Positions 40,250 to 52,678 of a stretch of DNA of 64,000 nucleotides are shown here, piece after piece. The DNA is taken from contig OX597815.1 in assembly GCA_951406725.2 (NCBI GenBank), positions 197,408,001 through 197,472,000 on the forward strand, written 5' to 3'. The notes beneath the pieces were generated by a model. The model made no database searches and was not told the origin of the DNA. It was given only the letters and a program-made list of their open reading frames with translations. The position numbers and the translations under genes are program-made. Position 1 is the first letter of the stretch; the number at the start of each line of letters is the position of its first letter. This stretch comes from Octopus vulgaris (Eukaryota).

Positions 40250-40540
40250 TGTTCCTTCTCGAGGCATTCCTGGCTCATAAGGGCCGGTTTTCCGGTTTCT
40301 GTGGCGTATAGATTCCCCACCTTGACGGGACGCTATTCCGTCGCAGGTGAGCGGCAAGATGCAGGAGGAAAGAGTGAGAGAAAGTTGTGGCGAAGGAGTT
40401 AGCAGAAGTTCGCCAGTACCTTTTGCCGGAGCCGCGGGGCGCTTAGGTGTTTCACTCATAAACACATACATCGCCCAGTCTGAGATTCAAACCCGTGATC
40501 CCCCGACCGCGAGTCCGCTGCTCTAACCATGTGCCTCCAC
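40250..40540 (-). mobile_element. SINE family 2, tail type B variant
   Basis: AGCAGCGGACTCGCGGTCGG...GCGACGGAATAGCGTCCCGTC...GAAACCGGAAAACCGGCCCTTATGAGCC. Confidence 0.8.
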
Positions 40541-40661
40541 ATTTATACATTTGCAAACAGAGGTTCAAGTTGTCAATCTTTCATAAGCAGCAGTACTCTC
40601 ACTGTGTAAGCATCAATTTCCAGCGACTGTAAAACTCCTTCATGGCTCCAAGTGATAAATG

Positions 40662-40920
40662 AAGGAAATATAAAGCTGGTTTTAAGCTGAATTAGTAGCA
40701 TACACCGTCCCACAACTGCGCTGCTGCGAGAGAATAAGGTGTAACAGAAAAGGTGGTAACAGTTTGGAGATTAAAGAAAGACTTATTAATGAGTATACTC
40801 AGGACAAAATGTGCAATTAGAAGAGGCACGGTACACTGGCAGATTCTAGAGAAGAAGTAGCAGAGATGTTCTTAGGGCAGCGTCAAAATGGATAACTGCT
40901 TCAAGAAATAAACAACGAGA
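40662..40920 (+). pseudogene. Pogo-like transposase N-terminal HTH relic
   Basis: MAPSDK*RKYKAGFKL...NCAAARE*GVTEKVVTVWR resembles the Brinker-type DNA-binding domain of pogo-family elements. Confidence 0.45.
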
Positions 40921-43423
40921 TCACCCGATACCTTTAGCTACTATTTCAGTTTATCTTGGAAATGTTGATCGTATTGTATTTATCAAACAATTGCCACTTG
41001 TTTTGCCACATTTGTTTCCACCACATATCACTAGGAATCACTTCTCAAGAGTGTTTAGCTTTTTCTTTGAAGGGATACTCTAATTTTACAACATTTTCGC
41101 ATAATCCTAGTACAGTTTCCACACTCACTTTCCGCCGTCTCAATTTCATTAGTTCGTCTGTGTAACAATACTAAATTAATGGGTCAAGCATAAACTTATG
41201 TCGTGCATCCAGCATTAGAAATTATTTAGATTGCTCATATTTCCCAATCAATATTTTAACGAAAGCAGTGACATTAAATATTTTTGCAGCGATGATCTTT
41301 TCGGAAATGTGAAAAAAACTGAAAAATATTCGAAGTAGCGTTTTCGAAGGACAACATCGAGGGATGAAGGATTCTTTCCAGAATATAGATGTTGCGGACA
41401 TTGCACAACTCCATGTTGCATTGACGACATTATTGAAATAGCTCACGCATCTTTGACAGAAACATTGCCAAATTAATATTTAATCTGCATTCAGTTCAGA
41501 TATTGACTACAACACACAGATGAAAGTATCGCATAATTCGTCTCTACCAGCATGACCATCCTAATTTTCAGAATTGCGAATGCTCATAATTTATTTTGAT
41601 TTGCTTTTATATTTATCATAGCCGTAACTTGTTGTTTACAGTTAATATTGTTTACAGTTAATTCTCCTAATTAGGCAACCACACAATGCATCTGTTATTA
41701 TTGGCTGTTCTCGATCATCATTCGTATTGATTTGAGTTGCAAAAGTCCGATGAGACACTATATTGTGTTTTTCAGATAATGTGCGCCAGGAAATCCGCGT
41801 AAACTGTCTGGGAATTGGGTAGCTTACGCTAACGTATCTGTTAAATTGTATATGTATTTCCACATTGCTCCTCTGCTTTCCTGAAAATTGGCAAGGCTTT
41901 CGTGGTCTTGTGCCTAGCAGCAAAGGATATGAGTATTATTTCGGGAAATGCTACCCACGTTTTTGTAGTCAATATCTATCAAATGATGACAATTCTTAAC
42001 ATTTGTTTCTTAATAATTCGCACTGTCTCTTATCAACTTTTTCTACCGCTGGTCCTTTGCAGAAACTCATAGCCTATATTATAATAGTTGTCTTCAGATA
42101 AACTCAGCACGTGTTGATATCGAGTACTGCATAAGATATTGTTTGTACTGGACGATATATTTAATATTTTTATATGAAAATGCACTTTTAAAGAAGCTAT
42201 ATTTTCGCTATTAAATAAATCCAACCATGTTTCATTTTGCAAAAATGTAATAAATCATGACTACATTTTTCTTTGTGTTATTGCTTCCATGTTTGCAGTT
42301 TATAAGTTTTCCAATCCCATCTTCAAAATTTTGTCCTTTGAGAGGTATCGTTTTTGCAAGAATAGCTTCGGAAATAAAGAAAATGGATGGTCCGGATAAC
42401 TATGTAAAATAATCGATCAAATATAATTGATTGATGGCTATTTCCTTTCAAATATTGAAAAGGGACGATGTTTCATACTAGAGAAAATGAAAAAAATAAA
42501 ATGAAAGGAAAAAATATTGCAAAAATAATTCTTTATTAATGTAGGAGAAATATTGCAGAGCTTAAATTATTAAAATACGAACGAAGTATTCCAATCATGA
42601 TTTATGGTGTATTTGGCGTGTTTACATTACATTTTATGAATTTCCATGTAACCTCGAATGCTCTATAAAATCATCTTCAGTGAAATGAAATTTTCTTGAT
42701 TGGAATCACACTGCGAATATAAAACTCTATGTGAAATATTTAGATAGTTCTATATATATGTAATAGACACATTTTCCTGTAGTGAAAATAATTGTGTTAA
42801 AGTTTATATAAGTTATATTTCCATGTGCTTTATTCAAACCTCCAGTAAATCAAATACTTTAAGGAAAGTAAATGGAAACAAATCAAAAATATCTATCTTT
42901 CCCACATATATCGTTATTCTTTCAAAACATACTGTTGTGTATTTGACCAATGTACAGAGTTTCTTTAAACTACATACACACGCACCACAAACACAAAAAT
43001 GGATCTTAATTCAACATCATAAAAGTCGCATCGGCTGTTAATCACAAAAAGTATCTGAAATAATTTAAAATTATGACGAATTCAAGGTCCATCGAAGTGC
43101 ACAAAATCACACATTATTAAGGGAATGCTATTGCATTATTAATCAGTATAACAAGACGCAATGGTTTTTTAATAAATGCTACAAATTATATAATTTAAAA
43201 AAATATTCCTCCAATAGATTGGAGAGCGAGAGACCTTGTCTGTCTGTTTATTTCATGTATCCTCAAATGTCGTACTTGATTATTCGAATATCATTGTGAT
43301 TTTTTCTATAACACGTAAAAGTTTCAGTATTTTCAGTTACATAATGTTCATTTCATAACAACAGTTATTTATACTTGTGTGTGCATGTTTGCTGACCCGT
43401 GCATGCGCCATGGTTGTATGTGA

Positions 43424-43479
<56 letters not shown>

Positions 43480-43576
43480 CGGGAAGCTTTATGAAAATAA
43501 ACAAAAGACGAAGGCAGGTGGAAAACAAACGAACAATTGTATTAGTATGGCGCTCAGGAAATATAAATAAAACAAG

Positions 43577-43614
43577 TCTTTAACGTTTCGAGCCTACGCT
43601 CTTCAACAGAAAGA
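43577..43614 (-). ncRNA. Minimal hammerhead variant in the PLE terminus (CTGTTGA core)
   Basis: TCTTT-CTGTTGA-A-GAGC-GTAG-GCTC-GAAA-CGTT-AAAGA. Confidence 0.65.
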
Positions 43615-44130
43615 TACACAGAGAGAGAAAAACACAGAAAGAAGGAGAGAAAAAAATGCGTGCAGTAGCTAACGAATCAACATGGCGATCTGATTTCGGC
43701 CAGAGGTCAAAGATCAAACATGAGACGCGAGAGCGAAATAAGGGGAGATAATAGGGTTGATAAATGGGTTGAGGGACCAGCTAAAAGTGCGTGGGAGGGG
43801 TCTGGATGTGTGTATGTATAGGGTTGGTGTATGTATTAGTATGTATAAGGGTGTGTGTGTGTGTGTATGGGTGTGTGTGTGTGTGTGTATGGGTGTGTAT
43901 GTGTATGAGAGAGTATTAGTGCGTAAGATTGGTCTGGACGTGCGTATGTATGGGGTTGGTGTATGTATTAGTATGTATTAGTATGTATTAGTACGTATTG
44001 GTATGTATAGTGTGTGTGTGTGTGTGTGAGAGAGAGTATAAGTGCGTATGCGGGGTCTGGACGTGTGTATGTATAGGGTTGGTGTAAGTATTAGTATGTA
44101 CTAGTATGTATTAGTACGTATTAGTATGTA

Positions 44131-46542
44131 TTAGTTGGTGTGTGTATTAGTATGGCACATCATATGTGATGTGATGTGTAAAGTCATGTGGTGTAGTGAG
44201 GAGAAGAGGGGGAGGGGGAGAAGAGGGGGAGAGAAGGGGAGGGGAAGAAGAGGGGGAGGAGAAGGGGGAGAGGAGAGGATGGGGAGAAGGAAGGGGATGA
44301 GGGGGATGAAGGAGGAAAGAGGGAGAGGGGGAGAGAGAAGGGGAGAGAGGGAGTGAGGGAGCAGAGGGAAGGGGAAGAGGGAGGGAGAAAGAGGGAAGAA
44401 GGGAAGGGGAGTAGGGGTGAAAGGATGAAGGACTGAAGAAGTAGGGGTCGGGGGAGAAAGGATAGGTGAGGAGGGGGAGAGGGGGTTAGATGAGGAGGGG
44501 GGAGAGTTGAGACCAAATGGCGTATAAGAGCGAAGAGAGAAGATTAATTCCTGTTCACGGCGCAAACGGGAATCCGGATGGCCTCTGTGTAAGGACAAAC
44601 CGAACACAGATAGGTGTTGCAAGGAGTGACCGGTGGAGCGGAAATGGCGTGAGACCGGTGTGTCGTTCGCAAGGTGGATGTCACGAAGGTGTTCCGCGAA
44701 CCGGTCAGCCAAGCGGCGTCCCGTTTGTCCGATGTACAAGGAATTGCAGAGAGAGCAAGAGATGCAATAGATAATATTGCTGGAGGTGCAGGTGAAGGAG
44801 TGGATGATGGGATAGGGTCGATGGTGGGTGCTAGTGAGGCGGGTGGTGTTGGAGAGGTAAGGGCAAGTGCGGCAACGTGGGCGGGAGCAGGGGAACGAGC
44901 CGGGTTGGGAGGTAGGGTCAGGGAAGGAGCTATGGACCAAAAGGTCTCGAAGGTTGTGGGCTCGTTTGAAAGAGGGGAGGGGTCGGTTAGGGAAGAGGTG
45001 TGAAGTGGACGGGTCGGACTGGAGATGACGGAAAGCTCGAAGAATGGTGCGTTGGAGACGTAGGGTCGTGGGGTGGTAAGTGAGGGGAAAAGGGAGGCGG
45101 GAGACTACAGGGCGGGTTCGGGGAGAGAGAGCAGATACACGGTCCACGGACCGTGCTCTGGCAAGGGCGGTGTGGATAGTGGTGAGGGGGTATCCACGTA
45201 GGGTGAAGTGGTGAGCCATACGTTGAGACTGAGTCTCAAAGTCATGGTCGTCACTACAGAGCCTACGTAGACGGAGGAATTGGGAATAGGGGATGGAAAG
45301 CTTGGTGTGTTCTGGGTGGGAGGAAGAGAAGTTGAGGTATGAGTGTGAGTCTGTGTGTTTGTAGTGAATGGAGGTGGTAAGAGTGGAGTGAAGAATGCTA
45401 ACCGAAATATCGAGGAAGGAGACAGAGGTGTTGGAGATAGTGGAAGTGAAGTGGAGGGCTGGATGGAAAGATTGGACGAAAGAGAGGAAGGAATCTAGAT
45501 GTTCGCGGGAGAGTGAGGTGGCACCGATAATGTCGTCAATATAACGACCATATAGTTCAGGAGTGGGACCAGTGAAATTAGAGAATATTTGGGCCTCAAC
45601 ATAGCCAACGAACAGGTTCGCATAGTTGGGGCCCATTCGCGTTCCCATGGCCACTCCCGAGACCTGATGGTAGAACTCGCCCGCGAACGAGAAGCAGTTC
45701 AGAGTAAGGACAAGTTCGGCCAGACGAATGAGTGTGGAGGTGTCAGGTACAGGGTTAGAGCGGAGGTCAAGAAAGTGTCGAAGGGCCTGCAGTCCTTCGT
45801 GGTGAGGGATAACAGTATAGAGGCTTTGGATGTCCATAGTAAAAAGGATTTTGGAGGAGCCGGGAGGAAAGGAGAAAGAGTTGAAAAGCCGGAGAGCATG
45901 GTTGGTATCGTGGATGTGGGAGGGAAGAGATGCCACTAGGGGGGCAAGGACACGGTCGAGGTATTTAGAGATGAGCTCCGTGGGGCAGTTACAGGCGGAG
46001 ACGATGGGGCGGCCAGGGTTGTTGGGTTTGTGGATTTTGGGGAGGAAGTAAATGGTGGGGGTACGTGGGGTTCGCACAATTAGGTTGGATGCGGTGCGGG
46101 GGAGACGGGAGGACGAGATGAGGTCTTGGACAGTAGAGGATACCGTCTGTTGGTAGCTACGTGTGGGGTTAGAGGGCAGAGGGGAATAGAAGGAGGTGTC
46201 ATTGAGTTGGCGGAAAGCCTCGGCCCTATAGAGGTCCGCGCGCCACACCACTACAGCTCCACCCTTGTCAGCCGGTTTGATGATAATGTCAGCGCGCCGT
46301 TGGAGGGAACGAAGAGCCAAGAGCTCAGCCGGGGAGATGTTGAGGCGGCGTTGGCGCCTGGAGAAGTTGAACCGCTCCAATGCACGCTGACAAGCGCCCG
46401 CGAAAAGATCCACTGCTAGGATCTGGCCAGGGGCAGGCGTCCACGGGGATGGTCGGCGGCCCAGGCCAGTGAAGCAGTCGTCCTCTTCGTTGGGTGTGGG
46501 TGGCGAGTCGTGGTAATGCGCACCCAACCGGACACGGCGCAC
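44131..46542 (-). CDS. PLE reverse transcriptase plus GIY-YIG endonuclease; the natural stop may be near 44486
   Basis: KPADKGG, PGRPIVS, TMDIQSLYT, GVAMG, RYIDD and FLD motifs; linker CSRPRCRTC; NIIYCISC...YIGQTGRRLADRFAEH. Confidence 0.95.
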   Translation of the reverse strand: MRRVRLGAHYHDSPPTPNEEDDCFTGLGRRPSPWTPAPGQILAVDLFAGACQRALERFNFSRRQRRLNISPAELLALRSLQRRADIIIKPADKGGAVVVWRADLYRAEAFRQLNDTSFYSPLPSNPTRSYQQTVSSTVQDLISSSRLPRTASNLIVRTPRTPTIYFLPKIHKPNNPGRPIVSACNCPTELISKYLDRVLAPLVASLPSHIHDTNHALRLFNSFSFPPGSSKILFTMDIQSLYTVIPHHEGLQALRHFLDLRSNPVPDTSTLIRLAELVLTLNCFSFAGEFYHQVSGVAMGTRMGPNYANLFVGYVEAQIFSNFTGPTPELYGRYIDDIIGATSLSREHLDSFLSFVQSFHPALHFTSTISNTSVSFLDISVSILHSTLTTSIHYKHTDSHSYLNFSSSHPEHTKLSIPYSQFLRLRRLCSDDHDFETQSQRMAHHFTLRGYPLTTIHTALARARSVDRVSALSPRTRPVVSRLPFPLTYHPTTLRLQRTILRAFRHLQSDPSTSHLFPNRPLPSFKRAHNLRDLLVHSSFPDPTSQPGSFPCSRPRCRTCPYLSNTTRLTSTHHRPYPIIHSFTCTSSNIIYCISCSLCNSLYIGQTGRRLADRFAEHLRDIHLANDTPVSRHFRSTGHSLQHLSVFGLSLHRGHPDSRLRREQELIFSLRSYTPFGLNSPPSSSNPLSPSSPILSPPTPTSSVLHPFTPTPLPFFPLSPSLFPFPLLPHSLSPLLSPPLPLSSFIPLIPFLLPILSSPPSPPPLLPLPFSPPLLPLPLFSSLHHMTLHITSHMMCHTNTHTN

Positions 46543-47392
46543 AAAGCTGTGGACATCAACTCGCGTCTGGAATTCCTTACAGGATGGAGTGAGGGGGATG
46601 AAACGCAGACCCCTACCAAGGACGGAGCGTTCAGCCGCAGAGAGGGGAAGATCGGGGGAATGGTAACAACAGACGGAAGTGGAGAAGGGGTGGATGGAAT
46701 AGAAGTAGGAGGGGTGGTAGGTCTCGGGGAGGTCTGAGGGGGAGGGATTGGAGAGGTGTGTGGGGGGTGGTTGGGCGGGGCAGTAGGGTTAGGTGTAGGT
46801 GGATGGAGCCTAACGGGAGGGGAGAAGGGGTTGTAGGGAGGGGCAGTGGGGTTAGGTGTGGGTGGATGGAGCCTATCGGGAGGGGAGAAGGGTGGTGGAG
46901 GAGTTGGGGTAGTGGCGTCGGGTAGGGTGGAATGGAAGAGTGATTGGAGTTTACGAAGTTTGGTATCAGAAAGAAATTGATGGAAGAGTTGATTCAAATG
47001 GATAATGAAGCGTAGCGTGTTTGGAGCATAGAGAGGCGGCAGAGAGGAGAAGAAGGTGGAGAAAGCAGGAGGAAGAAGGCGGTTGATGGCATGTAGTTTG
47101 GAGAGATTGGAGCGAATGGTGGCCCGCATAAGGCGGTAAGATGTGGTGCGGAGTATGGGTAAGATGGAAGAATCCGAGTGGAGAGCAGGGTGGAAGTGGA
47201 GGCGGAAACCTTTAGGGATGAGTCGGTGATGTAGGCAGCGGCTTAGGAAAGAGACATGGCTAGAGAAGCGGGTTTTTTAAAAAGAAGTAGAGAGAGATTA
47301 ACGGACGGCTGAAGGCAATATACAGGAAGCGAACGTAGATGATCCTTCAAACGGTGATGGAGGGTGAGAAGGTAGGACCTAGGATCCGGCAT
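46543..47392 (-). pseudogene. N-terminal part of the PLE polyprotein, broken by two single-base frameshifts
   Basis: ATG at 47392 (MPDPRSYLL), HVSFLSRCLHHRLIPKGFRL, LSAAERSVLGRGLRF; shifts fall in homopolymers at 47273-47278 and 46654-46658. Confidence 0.8.
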
Positions 47393-48156
47393 GATGGGAT
47401 AGCGGAAAAAAAACGTTCGAAAAAACAAAAAAAACAAAAAACAAAAATTATCGTATGAAAAAAATAGAAAAAAAGGATAGCGAAAAAAGGGGAAAAAACA
47501 AACGTTCAAAAAAACAAAAAAATAATAAAAAAAATAATAAAAAAACAAAAAAATAATAAAAAAATAATAATCGTATGAAAAAACTAGATAAGTAAGCGAT
47601 AGGGGCAGAAAAGACGGGGCAAACGAAAAAGGGAAAGAAAGAAGGGAAGCAGAGAGAGGGGGAGGCAAAAAAAGGGGGGTGCAGGCAGAGGAAACGGAGT
47701 ATGGACATCCAGAGAGGGAAGAAAGACGGAAAGGAGAACAAAAATTCAGGAAAATGTGGGAAGCATGAAATGAATGTAAAAAAAAGTGGTAATATAAGAA
47801 GAAAGAAAAATACAACAAACGGGACAGTTTATGCGAACAAGTTCAAGGTTGAAAGTTCAAGGTGAGAAATGTGTAGACGTCGTGGTATATTTTTTAAGGA
47901 TTTCACATCAATGCAAAGTCACTTTGATCCGCGAAAGAGAGGTGCAGCCAATGGTAAGTATCCAAGAGGTAAAGAAAATCCAAGGTAGAGGTAAGTGTTG
48001 ATAGTGGTATTGGTAGAATATAGGATGAAAGTGAGACCACGTGAGCGCATAATATATAACGGGAAGCTTTATGAAAATAAACAAAAGACGAAGGCAGGTG
48101 GAAAACAAACGAACAATTGTATTAGTATGGCGCTCAGGAAATATAAATAAAACAAG

Positions 48157-48194
48157 TCTTTAACGTTTCGAGCCTACGCTCTTCAACAGAAAGA
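48157..48194 (-). ncRNA. Second copy of the PLE terminal hammerhead
   Basis: Identical to 43577-43614, 4580 bp away. Confidence 0.65.
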
Positions 48195-49445
48195 TACACA
48201 GAGAGAGAAAAACACAGAAAGAAGGAGAGAAAAAAAATGCGTGCAGTAGCTAACGAATCAACATGGCGATCTGATTTCGGCCAGAGGTCAAAGATCAAAC
48301 ATGAGACGCGAGAGCGAAATAAGGGGAGATAATAGGGTTGATAAATGGGTTGAGGGACCAGCTAAAAGTGCGTGGGAGGGGTCTGGATGTGTGTATGTAT
48401 AGGGTTGGTGTATGTATTAGTATGTATAAGGGTGTGTGTGTGTGTGTGTGTGTATGAGAGAGTATTAGTGCGTAAGATTGGTCTGGACGTGCGTATGTAT
48501 GGGGTTGGTGTATGTATTAGTATGTATTAGTATGTATTAGTACGTATTGGTATGTATAGGTGTGTGTGTGTGTGTGAGAGAGAGTATAAGTGCGTATGCG
48601 GGGTCTGGACGTGTGTATGTATAGGGTTGGTGTAAGTATTAGTATGTACTAGTATGTATTAGTACGTATTAGTATGTATTAGTTGGTGTGTGTATTAGTA
48701 TGGCACATCATATGTGATGTGATGTGTAAAGTCATGTGGTGTAGTGAGGAGAAGAGGGGGAGGGGGAGAAGGGGGGGGAGAGAAGGGGAGGGGAAGAAGA
48801 GGGGGAGGAGAAGGGGGAGAGGAGAGGATGGGGGAGAAGGAAGGGGATGAGGGGGATGAAGGAGGAAAGAGGGAGAGGGGGAGAGAGAAGGGGAGAGAGG
48901 GAGTGAGGGAGCAGAGGGAAGGGGAAGAGGGAGGGAGAAAGAGGGAAGAAGGGAAGGGGAGTAGGGGTGAAAGGATGAAGGACTGAAGAAGTAGGGGTCG
49001 GGGGAGAAAGGATAGGTGAGGAGGGGGAGAGGGGGGTTAGATGAGGAGGGGGGAGAGTTGAGACCAAATGGCGTATAAGAGCGAAGAGAGAAGATTAATA
49101 CCTGTTCACGGCGCAAACGGGAATCCGGATGGCCTCTGTGTAAGGACAAACCGAACACAGATAGGTGTTGCAAGGAGTGACCGGTGGAGCGGAAATGGCG
49201 TGAGACCGGTGTGTCGTTCGCAAGGTGGATGTCACGAAGGTGTTCCGCGAACCGGTCAGCCAAGCGGCGTCCCGTTTGTCCGATGTACAAGGAATTGCAG
49301 AGAGAGCAAGAGATGCAATAGATAATATTGCTGGAGGTGCAGGTGAAGGAGTGGATGATGGGATAGGGTCGATGGTGGGTGCTAGTGAGGCGGGTGGTGT
49401 TGGAGAGGTAAGGGCAAGTGCGGCAACGTGGGCGGGATATATATA

Positions 49446-49572
49446 TAAAACGGTAAGCTTTATGAAAATAGACAAAAGACGAAGGCAGGTTTACGGAAAT
49501 AAACAAAAGACGAAGGCAGGTGGAATACAAACAAACAATTGTATTAGTATGGCGCTCAGGAAATATAAATGA

Positions 49573-49577
<5 letters not shown>
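49446..49577 (-). mobile_element. Diverged solo 3' terminus of the same PLE family
   Basis: AAGCTTTATGAAAATAGACAAAAGACGAAGGCAGGT (internally duplicated)...GGCGCTCAGGAAATATAAAT. Confidence 0.8.
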
Positions 49578-49606
<29 letters not shown>

Positions 49607-49609
<3 letters not shown>

Positions 49610-49773
49610 CGCAGGACTGGCTGTGTGGTAAGTAGCTTGTTTACCAACCACATGGTTCCGGGTTCAGTCCCACTGCGTGGCACCTTGGGCAAGTGTCTTC
49701 TACTATAGCCTCGGGCCGACCAAAGCCTTGTGAGTGGATTTGGTAGACGGAAACTGAAAAGAAGCCCGTCGTA

Positions 49774-49817
<44 letters not shown>

Positions 49818-50024
49818 TGTGTGTGTTTGTGTGTCTGTGTTTGTCCCCCTAGCATTGCTTGACAACCGATGCTGGTGTGTTTATGTCCCCGTTACTTAGC
49901 GGTTCGGCAAAAAGAGACCGATAGAATAAGTCCCGGGGTCGATTTGCTCGATTAAAAAAGGCGGTGCTCCAGCACGGCCGCAGTCAACTGACTGAAACAA
50001 GTAAAAGAGTAAAATAATAAAAGA

Positions 50025-50027
<3 letters not shown>
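49607..50027 (+). mobile_element. SINE family 1, near full length
   Basis: tRNA-like head, internal (TA)n/(TG)n, tail ending in GTAAAAGA repeats. Confidence 0.9.
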
Positions 50028-50060
<33 letters not shown>

Positions 50061-50557
50061 GGACATGATGTATAAAACAGGAAATATAGAGGAAATCTTT
50101 ATGTTGATTACAACGTAGTAGCAATTTTATAACATTTAGGTTTCAGGCGTTTTGGATAATCATGTTGATATATGCACGTATAATTGTATATAAACATGGA
50201 GATTATACAGATGTATACGCACAACGACCATATACATCGACATTTTAATACACAAAGCAGCATCAATATCCTGTCGCCACATATGTATTAGACATATTGG
50301 CACCTATATTTCACATTCATTGAGACACCTAGGCATATGAATATATAACCACACATATAATTATAAAGAACTATAAACATATGCGATATATTTGTGATGT
50401 ATATACCCTGATGCACAATGGTGTATATATATCAACAAAAATGATCATGGCTCATGAAAGCTAATATCTAACATAAAATTCGGTGGTGCCATATACTAAT
50501 GCCTGAATGCGTAAATCATTCACTCTCCCTGCTAATGTATATATATATATGTATATA

Positions 50558-50840
50558 ATCATCATCGTTTAATGCCCGCTTTCCATGCTAGCATCGGTTG
50601 GACGATTTGACTGAGGACTTGTGAACCAGACGGCTGCACAAGGCTCCAATCTTGATCTGGCAGTTTCTACAGCTGGATGCCCTTCCTAACGCCAGCCACT
50701 ACAAGTGTGTAGTGAGTGCTTTTATGTGCCACCGGCACGAAGGCCTGTCAGGCGGTACTGGCAACGGCCACGCTCAAATGGTGTTTTTTTTACGTACCAC
50801 CAGCACAAGTGCCAGTAACGCGTCGCTTGTAACGATCACA
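50558..50840 (-). mobile_element. SINE/retroposon 3' part with (ATG)n tail (family 4)
   Basis: Minus strand GGCGTTAGGAAGGGCATCCAGCTGTAGAAAC...CATGGAAAAGCGGGCATTAAACGATGATGAT. Confidence 0.65.
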
Positions 50841-52462
50841 CACACACACACATATTTGTTAACAGATATACATTCACAAACCATTCATCACATTTATACT
50901 AACACATTTCCGAATACCTTTATGCAAGCTCACATACTTTGTTGACATAAGTGTGTACGCTTGTACGATACATATCAAATGAGTTATGGATAACATACAT
51001 GCTATATATTTAATTCCAATACCGTAGTTATACACATACTCACAGGCAAATAAAGTTCACATGAAACAGAAAATATTAGGCGAGTGGAAATACAGTAGTA
51101 ATTGCCGGGCGTTGTTCAATAGGGTAAGCGGGAAAGTGTGTAGAACAAGTGATGAAGAAAAAGACCAAGTAGATACAAAATACAAAATATGTAAGGAAAT
51201 ATGCATGAGTAGTGTTCAATGTTGTTAGAAATATTCAACATTTAGTAGTCTCTTTAGCGTTCTGCGTTGGCCTACAGAGATTATTTTTGTCTCCTCACAA
51301 CTGGAGATTGCAATGACATGTCCTTGTAGAAGTATTGTAGTAAATGTTTGTTGAATGTCTTGCAACTTCTAAAACCCTTTAATCTTGGATTGGAGAGAGA
51401 GTTCGAAGTTCACTTATTACAGATAAACAAGATTTGACTGCGAGGAAGATATAATATTTGGTTTCGTTTTTGTATTGCTCTTCCCTATCGGGTATTGTGT
51501 ATTTCATCTAGAATGGTTTATGTCCTTGTAATGCACCTGATGGTATAAATGACCGAATGAATAACGAAATTCACATGCATGTTTCTCCCGTGTACGTTTG
51601 ACAGTATATTGTGTAATATATTGACACATTTAAAGAAAGAGGGGTGTGTACAAATTCCTCTTTTCAGAGAGATCAAACATTTTGAAGGCGATTTACGACT
51701 GTTCATATAAACGATAACTTCACCTGAATTGTAGTAAGAACTTTGGGTATAATTATAGAAAACTAAAAAGACAAGACTTTCAAGACAAATGTCCAATTTT
51801 AATGTTAGAAAACTACTAACGTTAGCTACTTTCACAATCTTTTGGTCTTATATTTCTTCATTTCTCATATCTTAAAGGTAATTTTTAAAATTCTATGATT
51901 ATTCAGTAAGTGCCGTGAATTTTTATGATCCGCTGCGCTGATCGAATTATACTAAAATTTAAAATTGAATTCACTATTTTTTAATACAGTTGTTTTCTTT
52001 TGATAACCTTCTAAAAGAACGATAGCAATGATTGTAAAATACTTTATCTTAAAGGAATCACACGCTAATTGTACAAAGTATTAGAGATTATATTGCGTAG
52101 ATATTTTGGGGGATTAAGTGTAAGATTAAGATTCATTTCATGCAAAAATATTCAAATTGTGAATACAAACAATAAAATAAATCAAAATTATACTGCTAAA
52201 TTACAAGCGTATATCTGCAGTTTTGAAGTTTGTTTGGAATATTTTGATGTATATCAACAACTTAAGAAATATTATAATACACGCGATAGTTTGTGTTGAG
52301 TTTGCATAAAATATGCAGTACAATGGAAATACATGAAGACTACATTATTCTATATTAGCCTCATTTTCAAGAGAAAGAGAAGAAAATAAAAATATGAACG
52401 AGATATAGGCTTTCGTAAGTATTTAAACATCTTGAAATAGTTTCCATGTAGTCAATTTCCAA

Positions 52463-52660
52463 GTGAAGGTGCAATGGCCCATTGGTAAGGGCAGCGGACT
52501 CGTGGTCAGAGGATCGCAGTTTCGATTCCCAGACCGGCTGTTGTGTGTGTTTATTGAGCGAAAACACCTGACGCTCCATGAAGCTCCGGAAGTCTTGTCC
52601 AGAAACGGTGCCCAAGAGCCTGGCTAGGCTTGAAAAGGGTGCACAAATAAATAATAAAAA
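52463..52660 (+). mobile_element. SINE family 2, tail type B, internally deleted
   Basis: GCAATGGCCCATTGGTAAGGGCAGCGGACTCGTGG...GAGCCTGGCTAGGCTTGAAAAGGG. Confidence 0.8.
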
Positions 52661-52678
52661 ATTCCAAGCAAAATATCA

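Larger units (their letters stand above)
43479..49437 (-). mobile_element. Penelope-like retroelement (Neptune-type): 4580-bp unit plus upstream 5'-truncated tandem copy (pseudo-LTR)
   Basis: 43479-44886 is near-identical to 48059-49437; RT plus GIY-YIG ORF; terminal hammerheads; (TA)n flanks. Confidence 0.95.

Noticed and set aside
40990-41480. Possible piggyBac relic (LLRIFFSFFHISE)
   Set aside because: Only one weak motif; no TTAA or TIR found
44135-46737. Plus-strand ORFs overlapping the PLE
   Set aside because: Antisense shadows of a GC-rich ORF
48679-49692. 337-aa SINE/GIY-YIG fusion ORF
   Set aside because: Chance read-through from an antisense SINE across (TA)n into the truncated PLE copy; no evidence of function
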